Assembly (NCBI GenBank): GCA_965221955.1
Contig: CBDCTA010000029.1
Span: forward strand, 64,001-128,000
DNA from: Gammaproteobacteria bacterium
GTDB lineage: Bacteria; Pseudomonadota; Gammaproteobacteria; UBA4575
DNA length: 64,000 bases
Reading direction: 5' to 3'
In this document: positions 60,681 through 64,000 of the stretch, piece by piece
Position numbering within the stretch: position 1 is the first letter of the stretch
How the letters are laid out: each line of letters starts with the position of its first letter
Notes under the pieces: model-generated
Seen by the model: the letters and a program-made list of their open reading frames with translations, nothing else
Told to the model about the DNA's origin: nothing
The model's database searches: none
Made by a program: the position numbers and the translations under genes

Positions 60681-62810
60681 TTATTTACGCATGTAAGCAT
60701 GGAACTTTTGCACCCATTCCAATAAACGTTTTGGCGCATGCGCACGTTTCCATTCCCCCGCAGCATATTTATTCGCCTCAGCAAGAGTGGGGTAGATATG
60801 AATAGTGCCCAATATTTTATTTAATCCTAAACCGTGTTTCATCGCGCTCACATATTCACTTATTAAGTCACCTGCATGATCACCTACAATGGTGACGCCT
60901 AATATTTTATCTTTTCCAGGTATTGTAAGCACCTTAATAATACCGTGTGCTTCACCATCTGCAATGGCCCGATCTAATTCTGCTATATCAAAACGTGTTA
61001 CTTCGTATTCAATGTTCTCTGCTTGGGCTTGAGTTTCGTTTATCCCAACATGTGCTACTTCTGGCTCTGTAAAGGTGCACCATGGAATAACTGAGTAGTC
61101 AACACGAAACTTTTTAAAACAGCCAAATAGAGAATTCACGCTGGTATACCAAGCTTGGTGCGCTGCAGTGTGGGTAAGTTGATAAGGACCCGTTACATCG
61201 CCACAAGCATAAATGTTTGGATAATTTGTTTGTAAATATTCATTCACTTCTATGGTTCCGTTTTTGCGCAGTTCAAGATTTAAGTTTTCTGTCCAAACGT
61301 CACTTCCTCGTGCTTTACGCCCGACAGCAACTAATAAAGTATCAAATGGTAACAATAATTCATTATTATCACTTTTACATACCAGCGTATAAGCTCCTGC
61401 GTTTTGTTGAACTTCACTCGCAGTGTGGTTAGTTAATAGATTAACGCCATCACTTCTTAAACTCTGTTCTACCATTTCTGCTATTTCGGGATCTTCCATT
61501 AGCATAATGCGCGGTGCCATTTCGACTAAGCTTACCTTTGCGCCTAGTCGAGCAAAGCTTTGTGCAAGTTCGCAACCGATAGGGCCGCCTCCTAGCACAA
61601 CCATATTTTTAGGCAGCTCTTGTAAATTCCAAATCGTATCTGAAGTAAGGAATGGAGCTTGGTCTAAACTTGGAATGGGTGGAACAAAAGGTTCGGCGCC
61701 TGTTGCAAGAATAATATTCTTACTTGTAAGTGTCTGGCCATTTACCTCAATGGTCCAAGGATCTAATAATTTAGCTTCTCCTTGAATGCATTCAACGCCT
61801 AAGTCGGTGTATCGTTCAATTGAATCATGTGGTTCGATATCTTTAATAACGTTTTGAACACGGTTCATAACATCTTTAAAATCAAATTCTACATTGGCAG
61901 TTTTACAGCCATATTTTTGTGCTTTATGTACATGTGACACAAATTTTGCTGAGCGTATTAATGCTTTAGAAGGAACACAACCTGTGTTTAAGCAGTCACC
62001 GCCCATCTTATGTTTTTCAATCAGCACTACCTTGGCTTTTACTGCAGCGGCTATATAAGAGGACACTAAGCCAGCAGAACCCGCGCCGATGACGGCGAGG
62101 TTGTAGTCAAAACTTTTTGGTTTGTTAAAGCCTTTATAAATACGTTTTGACTTAATGATATTGATAATGAGTTTTGCAACCCAAGGAAAAATCGCAAGTA
62201 GAATAAAAGCACCCCAAATTTTGGGGGTTAAAATTCCGCTAACTGATTCAAGGTTCGCGAGTTGGGTGCCAACATTTACGTAAATTATTGTGCCGGCAAG
62301 CATTCCGAAAAAACTTGTTAACACATATGTGATAGTGCGCATGGGTGTGAGTCCCATCAACACATTTATCACAAAGAACGGAAATATTGGGATGAGTCGA
62401 AGTGTTAATAAATAAAATGCACCGTCTTTCTCTATTCCCGCATTGATTGTTTTTAATTTATCTGCGTACCTTTCTTGAATACTATTTCCCAATAAGTATC
62501 GTGCTAGCCAAAAAGCGATGGTGGCTCCAATTGTAGCGCCAAATATTACTAGAATGCTTCCCAACAACAATCCGAATATCGCTCCAGCAAGCAAAGATAA
62601 AATACTTGCTCCAGGGATCGAAAAACTTGTAACTAATATATAAATTATAAAAAATAATAAAATGCTTTGTGTGGGGTTGGCTTGGTAATAATCAGCAATT
62701 GCCAGTTGTTTTGATTTTATGTATGAGAAGTCTAAGTACTGATGCAAGTCAAAAATAAAAAAACAGGCAGCTAAAATTAAAATAACAAATAAGATAATTA
62801 TTTTTTTCAT
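60681..62810 (-). CDS. DedA/TVP38 (VTT) membrane domain fused to a pyridine nucleotide-disulfide oxidoreductase
   Basis: N-terminal LRLIPIFPFF DedA motif; GAGSAG, GGDCLNTGCVPSK, GGGPIG, IHIYPT. Confidence 0.9.
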   Translation of the reverse strand: MKKIIILFVILILAACFFIFDLHQYLDFSYIKSKQLAIADYYQANPTQSILLFFIIYILVTSFSIPGASILSLLAGAIFGLLLGSILVIFGATIGATIAFWLARYLLGNSIQERYADKLKTINAGIEKDGAFYLLTLRLIPIFPFFVINVLMGLTPMRTITYVLTSFFGMLAGTIIYVNVGTQLANLESVSGILTPKIWGAFILLAIFPWVAKLIINIIKSKRIYKGFNKPKSFDYNLAVIGAGSAGLVSSYIAAAVKAKVVLIEKHKMGGDCLNTGCVPSKALIRSAKFVSHVHKAQKYGCKTANVEFDFKDVMNRVQNVIKDIEPHDSIERYTDLGVECIQGEAKLLDPWTIEVNGQTLTSKNIILATGAEPFVPPIPSLDQAPFLTSDTIWNLQELPKNMVVLGGGPIGCELAQSFARLGAKVSLVEMAPRIMLMEDPEIAEMVEQSLRSDGVNLLTNHTASEVQQNAGAYTLVCKSDNNELLLPFDTLLVAVGRKARGSDVWTENLNLELRKNGTIEVNEYLQTNYPNIYACGDVTGPYQLTHTAAHQAWYTSVNSLFGCFKKFRVDYSVIPWCTFTEPEVAHVGINETQAQAENIEYEVTRFDIAELDRAIADGEAHGIIKVLTIPGKDKILGVTIVGDHAGDLISEYVSAMKHGLGLNKILGTIHIYPTLAEANKYAAGEWKRAHAPKRLLEWVQKFHAYMRK

Positions 62811-62900
62811 TTTTAAATAAGTTAGGCTAAATATATTGCTAGTTTGCGGTGTTGGTTATCGCTACAATATATTTTTCAAACTTCCTTTTTCATTATTAAA

Positions 62901-63791
62901 ATGCGTATCGCTACATGTAAATACAATGATCAAACGTATCTTGCTGTTGTGCAAGATGATTCAGTATTCCTTCCAGCCAAGCACAAAGATTGGTCTGGAC
63001 AAGTCAATAGCATGCTACAGTTGATCGATGCTGGCGATAAATCCTTACAGGCGCTACAAGAATTAGTTGCAGATACCGATTCTCAGCAATGGTTGCCACT
63101 GTCAAAGGTAGAGCTTATATCACCAATTCCGCGACCACGGCAGAATATTATGTGTCTGGGTTGGAACTATATCGAACATGTCGAGGAAACTAGTGGCAAA
63201 GCGCTGGAAGCACCAAAATTACCTAAATACCCCATTATTTTTACCAAGGCTGCATCGAGTATGAACGGTCCATTTTCTGCAATTCCGGTTGATTTAGAGG
63301 TTTCTAATAAAATGGATTGGGAGGTGGAATTAGCAGTGATCATTGGCAAAGATGGGGATGGAATCAGTAAAGAAAATGCTTTGGATCATGTATTTGGTTA
63401 CAGCATTATTAACGATATTTCAGCACGTGATTATCAAAAGCGTCATAAACAATTTTTCGTGGGCAAGAGTTTTACGGGTGCCTGTCCAATGGGACCATGG
63501 ATTGTAACCAAGGACGAAATAGCGGACCCACAAAATTTAGATTTAAAAAGTTGGGTCAATGGTGATTTAAAACAAGATTCTAATACTAAATATCAAATTT
63601 TTGATGTGGCGACCGTAATCGAGACCCTTTCAAAAGGAATGACATTAGAAGCTGGTGACATTATCGCTACCGGCACACCAAGTGGTGTAGGGTATGTGCG
63701 TAATCCGCCTGAATATTTAATGCCAGGTGATGTAGTGGAATGTGAGGTAGAAGGAATTGGGAAAATCTCTAACCCAATACAGGGAAAGTAA
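62901..63791 (+). CDS. Fumarylacetoacetate hydrolase family protein
   Basis: GWNYIEH, DWEVEL, NDISARD, GKSF, ATGTPSGVG; start moved to ATG 62901. Confidence 0.92.
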   Translation: MRIATCKYNDQTYLAVVQDDSVFLPAKHKDWSGQVNSMLQLIDAGDKSLQALQELVADTDSQQWLPLSKVELISPIPRPRQNIMCLGWNYIEHVEETSGKALEAPKLPKYPIIFTKAASSMNGPFSAIPVDLEVSNKMDWEVELAVIIGKDGDGISKENALDHVFGYSIINDISARDYQKRHKQFFVGKSFTGACPMGPWIVTKDEIADPQNLDLKSWVNGDLKQDSNTKYQIFDVATVIETLSKGMTLEAGDIIATGTPSGVGYVRNPPEYLMPGDVVECEVEGIGKISNPIQGK

Positions 63792-64000
63792 ATAATCCTA
63801 AAGCATTTCTCGTAGAGCCTGTTGTAAACCGCCTATATAATTATTTATGGAAAACAAAAATCCATTACCATGTCCACCCTGTAACTCTATAAATTTTTTT
63901 GGTTCATTTGCGATTGTAAAGTTGCGTTGACTATGCTCGTAGGGGATTACTTCATCACTTTTACTATGTGCGATTACAATTGGGCAGTGAATATCTTTTA

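Noticed and set aside
60681-62810. Mercuric reductase MerA
   Set aside because: It lacks the C-terminal Cys-Cys pair and the N-terminal metal-binding domain, has a DedA domain instead, and no mer genes are nearby.

Overview
A 64-kb chromosomal segment, AT-rich by eye, whose core genes (rpmBG, folB/folK/folM, uppP-cca, trxA-rho, purHD, fis-dusB-prmA-accCB-aroQ, dsbD-cutA-fxsA-groESL, ampD, gshA, djlA) point to a gammaproteobacterium. I saw no tRNA, rRNA, CRISPR array, integrase or transposase. The most notable signal is a family of 30-bp palindromic sites with a 12-6-12 layout (consensus AATGTCCGCT(T/A)(T/A)-core-(A/T)(A/T)AGCGGACATT). These sites tightly bracket small, unrelated accessory genes at three loci (5.2-6.8 kb, 8.6-9.4 kb, 39.1-39.4 kb). 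Read on the gene strand, core CGACCC lies upstream and core TGGCCG downstream, which suggests a non-integron gene-cassette system acted on by an unseen recombinase. The window also holds a selenoneine pathway (oxidoreductase-fused SelD/SenC, SenB, SenA), an ArsS-type radical SAM gene paired with a DedA-flavoprotein fusion, a groESL locus with both a perfect CIRCE and an upstream sigma32-type promoter, a duplicated ampD 3' end, several MITE-like palindromes, and four frame disruptions confined to the first 8.1 kb. All protein assignments come from motif recognition, not database searches.
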